Part shown: piece by piece, positions 20,489 through 31,695 of the stretch
Layout of the letters: every line of letters starts with the position of its first letter
Position numbering within the stretch: the first letter of the stretch is position 1
Assembly (NCBI GenBank): GCA_937868485.1
Contig: CALMML010000112.1
Coordinates: 4,161-68,160, forward strand
DNA: 64,000 nucleotides
Direction: 5' to 3'
Source of the DNA: an uncultured Myxococcales bacterium
Lineage (GTDB): Bacteria; Myxococcota_A; Polyangia; Palsa-1104; JAEUJZ01
The notes under the pieces: generated by a model
What the model saw: only the letters and a program-made list of their open reading frames with translations
Databases searched by the model: none
Told to the model about the DNA's origin: nothing
Translations under genes and position numbers: made by a program

Positions 20489-21148
20489 CTACGGAATACC
20501 AAGGAGCTTGTGGGTTTGAAGCGACAGACGCCAGCGAGGGTGGCGCTGGCAGTACGCGATGGCAGAGGCGGTGTTCTCCGCGCGCAGCGGGCCGTCCATG
20601 GGCTGAAGGAAACAGGACGAAAAGCGGAGGTCAGCGAAGCGCTCGGGCTCCGCACCAGGCTGCGGGAAGACCAGCTTGAGCTCATCCCCAGCGTCTAGCA
20701 CCAGGGTGCTGCCCGCCTTGGGAGACACGCAGACCCAGTCGATGCAATCAGCGGCGGAACCGGTGGGCACGGGCTGGGTTCCGTTTGTCTCGATGGCAAT
20801 GTAGAAGCCGCGTGCGTGCAAGCTGCGACACAGAGCGGCATCGACTTGGAGCAGTGGCTCACCACCCGTGAGGACGACAAAGCGACGCTCTGGATGACTG
20901 AGGGCGTGGGCATCCCAGCAGGCAAGGACGGCATCGGCGAGCGCGTCGGCATCAGCGAACTTGCCACCGCCGGGTCCATCGGTACCGATGAAGTCCGTGT
21001 CGCAGAAGCGACAGGTTGCGCTGGCGCGGTCGGACTCGCGACCACTCCACAGGTTGCAGCCCGCAAAGCGACAGAACACGGCGGAGCGCCCCGTGTGTGA
21101 GCCCTCGCCTTGCAGGGTATAAAACAGCTCCTTTACCGCGTAACCCAT
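20489..21148 (-). CDS. queE: 7-carboxy-7-deazaguanine synthase QueE (radical SAM).
   Basis: ELFYTLQGEG N-terminus, CxxxCxxC-like cluster region (FCRFAGCNLWSG...CRFCDT), and GGEPLL. Confidence 0.85.
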   Translation of the reverse strand: MGYAVKELFYTLQGEGSHTGRSAVFCRFAGCNLWSGRESDRASATCRFCDTDFIGTDGPGGGKFADADALADAVLACWDAHALSHPERRFVVLTGGEPLLQVDAALCRSLHARGFYIAIETNGTQPVPTGSAADCIDWVCVSPKAGSTLVLDAGDELKLVFPQPGAEPERFADLRFSSCFLQPMDGPLRAENTASAIAYCQRHPRWRLSLQTHKLLGIP

Positions 21149-21188
21149 GATGCAGGCGCGGGACTTTACAGGCTCTGCGGAGGACGCG

Positions 21189-22451
<1,263 letters not shown>

Positions 22452-22519
22452 GTGTTTGTCCGTAAGACGTTATCAGCCCGTCGAGATCCTGTCTATGCAG
22501 CGGGCCCGACTCTCACCAA

Positions 22520-23728
22520 GTGGGATGTGTGGCCCAGTGTAGAAACCGATCTTGGAAAGCAGCGTCTCGACAGACCGTAGCTATGCACTTTACCATGTGG
22601 TCTTGGGCTTTTGTGCAGGGACTACTTGGCGCCTTGGGCAAAGACCCGACTTGCTTTCAACTGGGCAACCAACTGGGTAATGAACGGGCGATCGCCATGG
22701 CTCAGGGACACCTTGGAACCGGGACCGGAACGAAGCCTCGCACCGAGCGAGCAGTGGCAGTCGTGGTCGAGCGCAATCGGGCCACCGGCAAGCGTCTGGC
22801 ACGGCTGCTGGTCAGTGCGGGTTATACCGTAAAGACCTACGAAGACGAGACGACTGCGATTGCGCCCATCCTTCACAGCGATCCGCAGGTCGGACTGTGG
22901 CTGGTGGTTGGAGAAGCAGCGGCGGCGTCAGCGATTGCCGAAGGGCTCAAGACGCCACCGGCTGGCAAGCGCTGTGTTGGTGTGATCTATGGCGCGGGGG
23001 ATGAAGTCGATGCCGCGACAATGTTTGAGCACACCGGCATCGCAGCAGTGCTCGGGATAAAGCCCGGCTCGGCTCGACCTGATCTAGAGTCGGAGCTGCT
23101 CAGCATCGCGGCGTTTCTGCGCGGTCAGCCGCTGCTGCCGGTTCAAGGGTTTCTGCTCTGGGGCGCGCAGGCGTTTTCGGCCAGCATCACCAACATCGGT
23201 GGACGCGACGCAGCAGAGTCTCGGCTGGTCAAGCTGTGCGCCGAACATCTGAACATCTCGCGCCGGGTGGCGGACAGCCTGGCGGAAGTGGTCCATGAGC
23301 TGATCACCAACGCGATGTACGACGCGCCGGTCGACGCACAAGGCAGAACCCGCTACGCGCACGACCGCACCGCCGCGATCGAGCTGCCCGCAGAAGACAA
23401 GGTGATCTTCCGCTACGGCACCGATGGCATGCGCCTGGCGGTGGAAGTGGTGGATCACTTTGGGCGACTGCGACGACCCGATCTGGTGCGTTCGCTGCGG
23501 CGGGCAGCGAGCGGGCAAGTCAACCGAGGCCAAGGCGGTGCGGGCATCGGACTGTCGCTCGTGTGTCGGACCTGTCCGCTTGTGCAGGTGGATGTAGAGC
23601 CGGGCAGCCGCACCAGGCTGACCGCTGTCATCGATTTAGAGCCAGGACGCGCGACGGAAGGTGGCAAGCCTGGCCGCAGTATCATTTTCCCAGACTTGAC
23701 CGCCCACGCGGTTAGGCTCGATTCTTAA
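22520..23728 (+). CDS. GHKL/HATPase_c-domain protein (anti-sigma-factor-like Ser kinase) with an N-terminal receiver-like domain that lacks canonical Asp residues.
   Basis: N box HELITNAMYDA, G1 DHFG and G2 GQGGAGIGLSLV in the C-terminal half. The N-terminal half has a CheY-like alternating pattern. The true start may be an internal M (e.g. MAQGHLG). Confidence 0.6.
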   Translation: MGCVAQCRNRSWKAASRQTVAMHFTMWSWAFVQGLLGALGKDPTCFQLGNQLGNERAIAMAQGHLGTGTGTKPRTERAVAVVVERNRATGKRLARLLVSAGYTVKTYEDETTAIAPILHSDPQVGLWLVVGEAAAASAIAEGLKTPPAGKRCVGVIYGAGDEVDAATMFEHTGIAAVLGIKPGSARPDLESELLSIAAFLRGQPLLPVQGFLLWGAQAFSASITNIGGRDAAESRLVKLCAEHLNISRRVADSLAEVVHELITNAMYDAPVDAQGRTRYAHDRTAAIELPAEDKVIFRYGTDGMRLAVEVVDHFGRLRRPDLVRSLRRAASGQVNRGQGGAGIGLSLVCRTCPLVQVDVEPGSRTRLTAVIDLEPGRATEGGKPGRSIIFPDLTAHAVRLDS

Positions 23729-23742
23729 GGTAGGCTGCCGTC

Positions 23743-26181
23743 GTGAATTACGAAGAACGTTCAGGCATGTTGGGGGCTGTCCAGCCTCCGCCCAAGCTCC
23801 TCATCGAGCGTCTGTCGGACGGCGACGTAACCTGCCTACGCCTGATGGGAACGATCGACGAACAGTTCGACGCCCCAGGGCTGTCGCAGACCATCGCCTG
23901 CCGCTACCTGATCCTCGACCTGGGTGGAGTGGACCGGATCTCTTCCTTTGGTATCCGTCAGTGGATCGACTTCGTCCAGCACATCGCACCGCGACTGGCT
24001 GGCGTCTACTACGTCGAGAGCAGTCCGAAGGTCGTCGACCAGTTCAACATGGTCGCCAACTTCGGCGGGCCCGGATACATCGTGTCCTTCTACGCTCCGT
24101 ATCGCTGCGAGTCATGTGACCTGGAAAAGCGTCACCTGTTCCGCACCGATGAGGAGACGCCCGTTTGGCGCGCTGGACAAGCTCCAGCGATGACCTGCCA
24201 GACCTGCGGCAACAAAGAGGACTTCGACGAAAACCCTGCGATGTACTTTAACTACGTCGCACAGCAGCCGATTCAGGCGATTCCGCCGGCGGTGATGCAG
24301 TTTCTGCGGGTCCACCTAAACTACGGCCAGGGCGGACAGCGCAAGCTGCGCATCGAAAAGCGGATCGAGGGTCGCTGCACGTACATCAAGCTGTCGGGCG
24401 ATCTCGATAGCGATCTGAAACCAGAGAAGCTGGCCGACGGACTGGAAGGCGAGGTCGTCGTCGATCTGGGCGGCATCTTGTCCATCGATCCAGTGGGCAC
24501 AGCGCACTGGCGCAAGCTGATGCGGACGCTCGATGCCAAGACCGGTACGTCGGAATCGGTCGAGCGGGTCAGCTTCATCGCGGTCCCGGCAGTGTTTTTG
24601 GAGCGACTAGGCAAGCCCGAAGACCTGACACGCAAAGGTCAGGTGCTGTCGCTCATCATTCCGTATAACTGCTCACGCTGCCGAGCGACGACGCCAAAGC
24701 TGGTGGACTTTACGCAGCATGGCGACGAGCTGCGGGCCGGTCGTGTGCCACGCATCAAGTGTGCGCTGTGCGGCGGTCCGGTGACGTGCGTGGTGTCGGA
24801 GACGTGGTTTAACCGTCTGCAGACGCTGCCGCAGCCGCAGGTGACGCCGGATCTGAAAGCGACGATTGCACACCTGACGGCGGCGCCGGCCCCACAGACG
24901 CCGCGATCGACGATGGCCGGTCCCGCGATGGCAGCACCAGTGGGTCCACCGACTCCGTCGGGAGGTCCAGCGTGGACGCCGCAGCCGATGTCGGGAGGTC
25001 CGCAGCAGCCGCAGAGCACAGGCTGGACACCGCAGCCAACGCCCACGCCGTCGCCGATGGGGATGAGCAATCCGCGATCGACGATGGGCTCCTCGATGAA
25101 TCAGTCGAGCGCGGCGTTTCCGCGACCAGGATCGATCAGCCAAGCGACGAGCCTGCCGCAGCCGCCTCAGCCACCGCAGCCGCAGGGTGTGTTTGGCAAG
25201 CTACAGACGATCCCAGGACTTCTGCCGGGACTTCTGGTGGTGATGCTGTCGCTGTCGGGCGCGATTGTGTATCGCATCTTGGCGACTCCGGCGGGACGTG
25301 GCGCAGGCGACTGGTCAGTCGTCGAGTCATCGACGCCGAAAGCGCCCCCGTGGCATGACGCCAAGCTTGGCAGCGATGGCAGCAAGTTTGTCGGACACTC
25401 GACGCTGGTTGCCGATCGAACCGAAGCGCTGGAGCGCGCCGATGTGGCCGCGCAAGCGGAGCTGGTCAGCAAGCTGGCTGAAGAGCTGGAAACCAAAGAT
25501 CCCGACTGGCGGAAGGTGATTCAGCCGCTGTTTGCGGAGTCCGTGCAGACGATCAAGGACGAGCTGGACAAAGCGCAAAAGAGCATCAAGCCGACCGATG
25601 ATCCGACGGCAGCGGAGGCTCAGCTTCAGCCTGCGCGAGATCGTCAGGCCGATCAGCAAAAGCGTGTCGCAGCGTCGCTCAAGCAGAGCCTGCCCGAGGG
25701 TGCGCTGCCCGCGATGACGCAGTACTGGGAAAAGCGCGCGCGCAAAAGCAAAGGCACCCGAGAGACGGGATTCCAGGCTTCGACGCTCATCGAGCTAGAC
25801 AAAGCGGCGTTTGACAAGCTGGTGAACCAGTTCCGTCAGACGGAAGCAGCGGCCAAGGTCAAGGTCGTGCCGTTCTTCCCGCTGCTGGCGATGCGCTTTG
25901 AATCGACGGTGCGCGGACCTGTGGTGATCGAGGTCGATGACAGCAGCCCGCTGGCCCCCGCTGGCATCAAGACGGGAGACATCGTGCTGTCGGTGCTGGG
26001 ACACGAGGTGCGCACGCCGAGCGACTTCGCCAAACAGCTCGATCAGGCGATCAAAGAGCTGGCGAGCCACGATCTGGTCCTGAAGGTTCAGCGCGGCAAA
26101 GATCTGGTGGATATCAAGCTGGCGCAGAGCAAAGCGGCGCCGAAGAAGGGCCCGGTCTTCATCAAGAAGGCCGGCAAGTAA
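23743..26181 (+). CDS. Membrane protein with two N-terminal STAS (anti-sigma antagonist-like) domains, each followed by a C4 zinc ribbon. A Pro-rich linker, one TM helix, a coiled-coil region and a C-terminal PDZ domain follow.
   Basis: STAS-like blocks at aa ~20-110 and ~205-290. Zinc ribbons CESC...CQTC and CSRC...CALCGG. TM helix LLPGLLVVMLSLSGAIVYRILA. PDZ GPVVIEVDDSSPLAPAGIKTGDIVLSVLGHEV. 14 bp downstream of the GHKL gene. Confidence 0.7.
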   Translation: MNYEERSGMLGAVQPPPKLLIERLSDGDVTCLRLMGTIDEQFDAPGLSQTIACRYLILDLGGVDRISSFGIRQWIDFVQHIAPRLAGVYYVESSPKVVDQFNMVANFGGPGYIVSFYAPYRCESCDLEKRHLFRTDEETPVWRAGQAPAMTCQTCGNKEDFDENPAMYFNYVAQQPIQAIPPAVMQFLRVHLNYGQGGQRKLRIEKRIEGRCTYIKLSGDLDSDLKPEKLADGLEGEVVVDLGGILSIDPVGTAHWRKLMRTLDAKTGTSESVERVSFIAVPAVFLERLGKPEDLTRKGQVLSLIIPYNCSRCRATTPKLVDFTQHGDELRAGRVPRIKCALCGGPVTCVVSETWFNRLQTLPQPQVTPDLKATIAHLTAAPAPQTPRSTMAGPAMAAPVGPPTPSGGPAWTPQPMSGGPQQPQSTGWTPQPTPTPSPMGMSNPRSTMGSSMNQSSAAFPRPGSISQATSLPQPPQPPQPQGVFGKLQTIPGLLPGLLVVMLSLSGAIVYRILATPAGRGAGDWSVVESSTPKAPPWHDAKLGSDGSKFVGHSTLVADRTEALERADVAAQAELVSKLAEELETKDPDWRKVIQPLFAESVQTIKDELDKAQKSIKPTDDPTAAEAQLQPARDRQADQQKRVAASLKQSLPEGALPAMTQYWEKRARKSKGTRETGFQASTLIELDKAAFDKLVNQFRQTEAAAKVKVVPFFPLLAMRFESTVRGPVVIEVDDSSPLAPAGIKTGDIVLSVLGHEVRTPSDFAKQLDQAIKELASHDLVLKVQRGKDLVDIKLAQSKAAPKKGPVFIKKAGK

Positions 26182-26188
26182 GCACGCA

Positions 26189-26222
26189 GACCGGCAGCGG
26201 AGTCAGGGATTCCGCGCCGGTC
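26189..26222. terminator. Strong hairpin between convergent genes, a candidate bidirectional terminator.
   Basis: GACCGGCaGCGGA-gtcagggat-TCCGCGCCGGTC, a 12-bp stem with one bulge, between the stops at 26181 (+) and 26233 (-). Confidence 0.5.
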
Positions 26223-26232
26223 GTTCGTGTCG

Positions 26233-28200
26233 TTAGTCGAGCGACTTCAGGTGGGTGAGCAGCTTGCTCCACACCGCTGGGGTGACGCCGACTTCCAGGT
26301 GACCGTAGGCCACGCTCTCTTGCTTGGCGTCTTTGCCACGCTTGCTGGCGGACCACTTGCTCGTCAGGATGTCGAGCGCAGCGATGCTCTTCTTGAACAG
26401 GACGCCATCGCCGTTGACGGAGCAGGTCGGGCAGCTCATGCCGTCGGTTTCAAAGACGGTTCCTGGCGCGCCGCCCGCTTCTCCGTACAGCACGTAGAGC
26501 GAGTCGAGGCTTGTGTCGAGCCCGCTCGCCCTCAGTCGATCGATGAAGTGTCCGCCCATCTCGACGGCGCCAGCGATGCCAAGGCCCGACATGAGCTGGT
26601 ACTTGTTGTAGAAGCCCGACGACTCGGTGTTGCGCGAGTTGTAGTAGGTGTGCCACGCGACGCACGGCGATGACGACGGATCAAACGCAGTCTTGCGGCA
26701 CGCTTGACGGTTCGGATCGTCCAGATAACCGCCGCCCAGGTAGGTCAGCTTCGGACGCAGCCACGGGTAATAGCGGTTTTCATCGGCATCGAGATCCTTC
26801 CAGTCGCTGGAGTCACGACGCGGCACCGGATAGTCGGCACGCAGATCCGACGCAGCCTGAAGCTGACCGAGGTACGCGCTCACCCACTTGCCCGACTCGT
26901 TGACGCTGCCGAACAAGCTGATGTTGTATTCGTCGAAGGAATAGGTGCTGCTCGGAGCACCGTCGGTGGTGTTCAGCGTTCGGAGCGAGCCGCGCGACAC
27001 AGGCTTTCCGTCGGAGTCAAGGCCGCTCAGGTTCGAGATGTAGACGCGGTTAAAGTAGTCGGTCCAGGTTCCGCCACGACCCTCGCAGACGCTCTTGGCG
27101 TAGGGATTGTCGTACCAAGGAACGTCCGGGCCCCAGTTGACGCACTGGAGCGACGAAAACCAGGTCCAGGGCATCGGGCCTCGGCCCACGGGCGCATTCC
27201 ACGAGGTGCTGGCGATGGTCAGCGTGTGGATCGGATGACGGAAGTTCAGGTCGATGCCCAGGTGCGGTCCCGACAGCGCAATGTACGAGCGAATGTCGTC
27301 GCGATAGCGAGGAACGGCAGCACCTTGCGCGGCTGCAACCCGATCAAAGAAGCGCGTGCTGAGCGATGGCCACGTTGCGGCATTTCCGACGTAGGCATCG
27401 ACGGACAGAACACCTTTGCTCCACGCAAGAACGTCCACCTTCGGCGAGCTTCCGTCGGCCTTCTTGTGAAGCTGACGCACTCGCGAGATGGCATTGGCGA
27501 CGGCAATGGCTTGGCTATAGTTGTCTCCGTGGAAGTTGCCAAACGTCACGGCATAGACGCAGCGACCTTCCGCTTCCATCGCTTGCACGAGGCCGGTCTT
27601 TTGCGTCGTGCCCGCATAGGCGTTGCCCGAGCCATCGTTGCCACCGGGAAACAGCCAGACGTTGGCATCTTGCATCGCGCCGTGAACCAGCAAGAGCGGC
27701 GCTTTGGTCACGTCGCAGGTGCGCGCGTAGGTCTTCGGACCTTTGTGCAGCAGCACAAAGCGAGCCTCGGGACGCATCGGACCCGGCTCGGCACAGACAG
27801 CCCCCTTCGTCGTCGCGCAGGTGTTCTTGTAGTACAGGTTGAAGCCGTCGACGAGCTGCTGGTTGAGCGAGCCAAAGTACGTGCCGAGCGGATAGTCGCT
27901 GCTTTGGAACGTGTCTTGGGCGCGCAGCTTTTCGGTGCGACGGTTGTAGCCTTCGGTGCGGACGAGCTGGCTTCCTTCGAGCAGCTCGATTTCGCCCCAC
28001 GACCAGCTGGGTGGACGCAGGCTGCCCACAACACGGAACGAGTCCGTCGGCTTGTCGTTCCGATCAAAGACGGCCTGGACATCCGCAGTGAGCGATGAAA
28101 CCAGCTCAGCAGGTGCTGCGACTTCGGGAGGAACCGGCTGGCAGCCCGCCAAGACGGCAAAGGGGAACCAAACGGCTCGCGGTAAACGGCGACGAATCAT
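26233..28200 (-). CDS. Secreted alpha/beta-hydrolase (lipase/esterase-like) lipoprotein.
   Basis: GGAGG RBS then ATG at 28200. MIRRRLPRAVWFPFAVLAGC gives a signal peptide plus lipobox. Lipase-like LLLVHGAMQD (oxyanion HG) and nucleophile-elbow AWSKG motifs. The ORF-track start at 28416 has no RBS. Confidence 0.6.
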   Translation of the reverse strand: MIRRRLPRAVWFPFAVLAGCQPVPPEVAAPAELVSSLTADVQAVFDRNDKPTDSFRVVGSLRPPSWSWGEIELLEGSQLVRTEGYNRRTEKLRAQDTFQSSDYPLGTYFGSLNQQLVDGFNLYYKNTCATTKGAVCAEPGPMRPEARFVLLHKGPKTYARTCDVTKAPLLLVHGAMQDANVWLFPGGNDGSGNAYAGTTQKTGLVQAMEAEGRCVYAVTFGNFHGDNYSQAIAVANAISRVRQLHKKADGSSPKVDVLAWSKGVLSVDAYVGNAATWPSLSTRFFDRVAAAQGAAVPRYRDDIRSYIALSGPHLGIDLNFRHPIHTLTIASTSWNAPVGRGPMPWTWFSSLQCVNWGPDVPWYDNPYAKSVCEGRGGTWTDYFNRVYISNLSGLDSDGKPVSRGSLRTLNTTDGAPSSTYSFDEYNISLFGSVNESGKWVSAYLGQLQAASDLRADYPVPRRDSSDWKDLDADENRYYPWLRPKLTYLGGGYLDDPNRQACRKTAFDPSSSPCVAWHTYYNSRNTESSGFYNKYQLMSGLGIAGAVEMGGHFIDRLRASGLDTSLDSLYVLYGEAGGAPGTVFETDGMSCPTCSVNGDGVLFKKSIAALDILTSKWSASKRGKDAKQESVAYGHLEVGVTPAVWSKLLTHLKSLD

Positions 28201-28234
28201 GCTGTCCTCCAGGACGAAAAACGGGGGTTTGTGA

Positions 28235-29083
28235 CTACGGCGCAGCCTGCGCGGGACCAGACGGCAGCGGTGCAGGTGCGGACGTACCGGGAACCGATCC
28301 ACCTTGCAGTGGAGTCGGTGAAGCAGAGCCAGGAGGCAGCAGCGACGGATCCGAAGGTGCCGCTGCGGGCTCCGGCGGGATGACGAGCGGGACTCGATTG
28401 GGGTCACCGGGACCATCGAGGTTTGCAGGCGCTTCCGCTGGTGGAGGAGAAGCCACGGGACTCACGACTGTCGCTGGCTTGCCGGTTCCAAACTGATAGG
28501 CGACGCCAACATCGAGCAGGTAGCTGCCTTGAAACGGCTCGCCCTGCCCTGTCAGGCCGTAACCACCGGCTCGCGCAAACACGCTGACCGGAACCTTGAG
28601 TCGTGGCTGAAAGTCAAAGCCCAGGCCACCGAGTCCAAGCGGCATAAAGTAGTTCCCCACCGTCGGTGCGGTCTGCACGATGCCACCGTCGACAGTGGTC
28701 TGCATCGAGCCGGGTCGATTGAGCGCGTTATAGCCAATCCCAAGGTGCAGGTCGAAGAACAGTCCCGTCGGTAGTGCGACGCGATAGCCGCCCGACAAGA
28801 AGATGAACAGGCTGTAGCCCGGCGACGCGGAATAACCACCGATGCTGGCGCCGAACAGGAACTGACTGACACCACGCGCCCAAGCGGTGCCCTCGTAGGA
28901 CAGTCGAGCGCCGGGACGGACCGCGCTTTCTCCGAAATAGGACAAGGCCACACGTCGTGGCTTGTCTTCCGAAGCAGCAGTCTGCGCCCGCGCGGAACCG
29001 AAACCGAACGTCATCGCCTGCGAGACAAGCAGCGCAGCGACAGGAAAAGGGAAGGACAGAGATCGACCCAATCGAGGTGTCAT
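28235..29083 (-). CDS. Hypothetical secreted protein, possibly an outer-membrane beta-barrel, with a Pro-rich C-terminus.
   Basis: Start MTPRLGRSLSFPFPVAALLVSQAMTFGFGSARAQ (signal peptide). Alternating Gly/aromatic-rich beta-strand-like segments. Immediately upstream of the lipase-like gene, likely an operon. Confidence 0.5.
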   Translation of the reverse strand: MTPRLGRSLSFPFPVAALLVSQAMTFGFGSARAQTAASEDKPRRVALSYFGESAVRPGARLSYEGTAWARGVSQFLFGASIGGYSASPGYSLFIFLSGGYRVALPTGLFFDLHLGIGYNALNRPGSMQTTVDGGIVQTAPTVGNYFMPLGLGGLGFDFQPRLKVPVSVFARAGGYGLTGQGEPFQGSYLLDVGVAYQFGTGKPATVVSPVASPPPAEAPANLDGPGDPNRVPLVIPPEPAAAPSDPSLLPPGSASPTPLQGGSVPGTSAPAPLPSGPAQAAP

Positions 29084-29312
29084 GGCGTTTTGTGCGGACC
29101 GTAGTCGTGATCCCCAGGTCATGCAAGAGAACGCATCGGCTGCACTGTGGGCCACGGGAGCACATAAAAACCGTTGCACCTACTGGTACACCCAGAAGTA
29201 ATAATGTGGGTTATTCGGCGTGCTCTGGCGGAAAGCGTCGCTGATTTGGCAGGTTTTCGACGCAGCCAGACTCGACCGCAACCCGAAATGAGCGAAAGGA
29301 AGGGTGCTGTAA

Positions 29313-31625
29313 ATGTCCTCTCACTGGCCGAATCGTAAGCGCTGGACCTTGCTGCCGCTGGGCCTGGCGGCGCTGTCAGTGGGCCCCTCGTGCGATCCGC
29401 AGAGCGGCTCTGACTCGCAACAAAAAGCCATCATCGTGACCCGGTCAGGGTCCGGTCTTGGCACCGTATCGACGCAAGGTGGAGAGATTGCGTGCGGCAC
29501 CGACTGCTCTCGCTTGTATGCACCGGGAACGTCGGTCACGCTGACTGCAACGGCAGACGCAGCATCGACGTTTGCCGGTTGGAGCGGCGCTTGTACCGGC
29601 AGCGGCCCGACGTGCGAAGTCAAGCTGTCGAGCGATCCCAACTCTGGCGCAACCGTTGCCGTCGATGCAAAGTTCGACACGCAGTACGTTCCCCCGACGG
29701 TCGCGCTGACGGTGAGCAAGACAGGCGCGGGTGCGGGCAAAGTGACCTCGTCGGACAACGCGGTCGACTGCGGCACCAAGTGCCAAGCCCAGGTGCAGAT
29801 TCCGGGAACGGTCACGCTGACGGCGGCGGCTGACATCGGATCTGGATTTGCGGGCTGGACCGGCGCGTGCGAAGAGCAAGGCACCAATCCCGTCTGCGAA
29901 GTGCAGATCAACCTGGCAACTGCCGTCTCAGCGAAGTTCGTCAAGCGGATCTGCACGACGGACAACGTGTGCTGGGAAAATCCGCAGCCGACGGGCCAGA
30001 CGCTGACGTCGATCTGGGGACGTAGCAAGACCGACGCGTGGGCGGTCGGTGAAAACGGCACGATCCTGCACTACGACGGAACGGCGTGGAGCGCGAGCGC
30101 GAGTGGCGTGACCCAGAAGCTCAACGCGGTGTTCGGCTTCGCTGCAAACGACGTGTGGGCCGTCGGCAATGGCGGAACGGTTGTTCGCTGGGATGGAACC
30201 AAGTGGTCGTCGGTCAGCTCGACGAGCATGAACCACCTGCGCGGGCTGTGGGGCGCTGACAACAAGAACCTCTTCGTCGTCGGAGCCGCTGGAACGCTGC
30301 TCAAGTGGGATGGAACCAGCTTCGCGACGGTGACGCCGCCTGCCGCTGCTGCCGGACGCGACTTCAACGCCATCCACGGTGTCAGCGGAACCAACATCCG
30401 CATCACCGGCGAGCTGGGCGTGCTCATTCGCTGGAACGGAACCGCGTGGGCGGCGGAAAACAGCGGCTCGCCTCGCAACCAGTACGCCGTGTGGCACGCC
30501 GATGCCAACAACGCGTGGGTGGGCGGATTCATCGGCAACGTCAGCATCTGGAACGGAACGGCGTGGACCTGGAAGCCGCAGTCGACGGGCGTGACGTTTA
30601 ACTCGATCTGGGGCTCGGGACCGGAAGACGTCTGGTTTGCGGGTCAGGCCGGTCTGTTCTTCCGTTACTACCGCGACGCGAAGAACACGCTGGTGTGGGA
30701 AGCCAAGCAATCGCCGGTAAATGGCTCGCTCAACGGCGTGTGGGGCACGGCAGCCAATGATGTGTGGGCCGTTGGCGATGCGGGCTCCGTGATCCACTAC
30801 GACGGAACCAAGTGGTCTGCCGGTGGAGCAGCCATCCAAGCGGGCTGGAACGGCGCGTGGGGTACCAGCGGATCGAACCTGTGGGCCGTCGGTGGAAACG
30901 GAACCATCGCGCACTGGGACGGTGGTGGTCTTTCGACGATGGACAGCGGAACGACTGCTGCGCTCCACGGTGTGAGCGGCACGTCGAACAGCAACGTCTG
31001 GGCCGTCGGTGAAGCAGGCACCATCCTTCGTTATAACGGCAGCAAGTGGGCTCCGTCGGCAAGTGGCACGCCTGTCGATCTGTTCGCGGCGCAGGCTGTG
31101 GCCGCGCAAGATGCATGGGCGGTCGGTGCGGGTGGCAAAGCGCTGCGCTGGAATGGCTCGTCGTGGAAGACCATCGAGACCGGCACGAGCGCCAGCTTGA
31201 ACACGCTGTGGGCGGTGTCCGCGACGGATGTCTGGACGGCGGGCGATAACGGCACGGTGCTGCGCTGGGACGGCAGCAAGTTCACGCAGCTCCCCGGTCC
31301 AAGCACGCTGACGGTGCAGGGTCTGTGGGCCGGCTCTGCGACGAACGTCTGGGCCGTGGGCGCCGGTGGCGTCTACAAGTACGACGGAACGACCTGGACC
31401 AAGCAGACGGTTCCCTCGGCGGGTCCGTTCGTCGGCGTCTGGGGCTTCGCGAGCGGAACGGTCTACGTCGTCGGAAGCAGCGGCCAAGTGCTGCGCTATG
31501 ACGGAACGACGTGGAAGGCGCTGCAGAGCGGCACGTCGAGCAACCTGACCCGCGTGTACGGCGCCAGCACGGCGAGCGTCTTTGTGCTCGGCGACGCAGG
31601 CACCCTGCTGCGCACGGGACAGTAA
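29313..31625 (+). CDS. Large secreted repeat protein. It has two Cys-containing InlB-B-repeat-like domains followed by about 13 BNR/Asp-box-like beta-propeller repeats.
   Basis: Signal peptide. Two copies of the GG.I.CG..C...Y..GT.VTLTA.A...S.F.GWSGAC.G.G..C module. Then a ~45 aa repeat (WAVG..GT.LRYDGT.W) occurs about 13 times. AGGAAGG RBS upstream. Confidence 0.7.
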   Translation: MSSHWPNRKRWTLLPLGLAALSVGPSCDPQSGSDSQQKAIIVTRSGSGLGTVSTQGGEIACGTDCSRLYAPGTSVTLTATADAASTFAGWSGACTGSGPTCEVKLSSDPNSGATVAVDAKFDTQYVPPTVALTVSKTGAGAGKVTSSDNAVDCGTKCQAQVQIPGTVTLTAAADIGSGFAGWTGACEEQGTNPVCEVQINLATAVSAKFVKRICTTDNVCWENPQPTGQTLTSIWGRSKTDAWAVGENGTILHYDGTAWSASASGVTQKLNAVFGFAANDVWAVGNGGTVVRWDGTKWSSVSSTSMNHLRGLWGADNKNLFVVGAAGTLLKWDGTSFATVTPPAAAAGRDFNAIHGVSGTNIRITGELGVLIRWNGTAWAAENSGSPRNQYAVWHADANNAWVGGFIGNVSIWNGTAWTWKPQSTGVTFNSIWGSGPEDVWFAGQAGLFFRYYRDAKNTLVWEAKQSPVNGSLNGVWGTAANDVWAVGDAGSVIHYDGTKWSAGGAAIQAGWNGAWGTSGSNLWAVGGNGTIAHWDGGGLSTMDSGTTAALHGVSGTSNSNVWAVGEAGTILRYNGSKWAPSASGTPVDLFAAQAVAAQDAWAVGAGGKALRWNGSSWKTIETGTSASLNTLWAVSATDVWTAGDNGTVLRWDGSKFTQLPGPSTLTVQGLWAGSATNVWAVGAGGVYKYDGTTWTKQTVPSAGPFVGVWGFASGTVYVVGSSGQVLRYDGTTWKALQSGTSSNLTRVYGASTASVFVLGDAGTLLRTGQ

Positions 31626-31695
31626 GCGAGTCGAACGATCTTTTTATTGGCGAGACGGCTCTCGACTGAGCTGTCTCGACAGCTAGGAGCAAACG

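Noticed and set aside
20173-20679. ORFs translating the 42-bp tandem repeats (e.g. RRALGCAFSARSHA x n).
   Set aside because: The periodic peptide arises from the DNA repeat in all frames and strands. No start context. More parsimoniously non-coding.
26704-28098. 464 aa plus-strand ORF.
   Set aside because: Antisense to the lipase-like lipoprotein gene. No motifs.
29928-31487. 519 aa minus-strand ORF.
   Set aside because: Antisense shadow of the propeller-repeat gene. Arg-rich, no structure.
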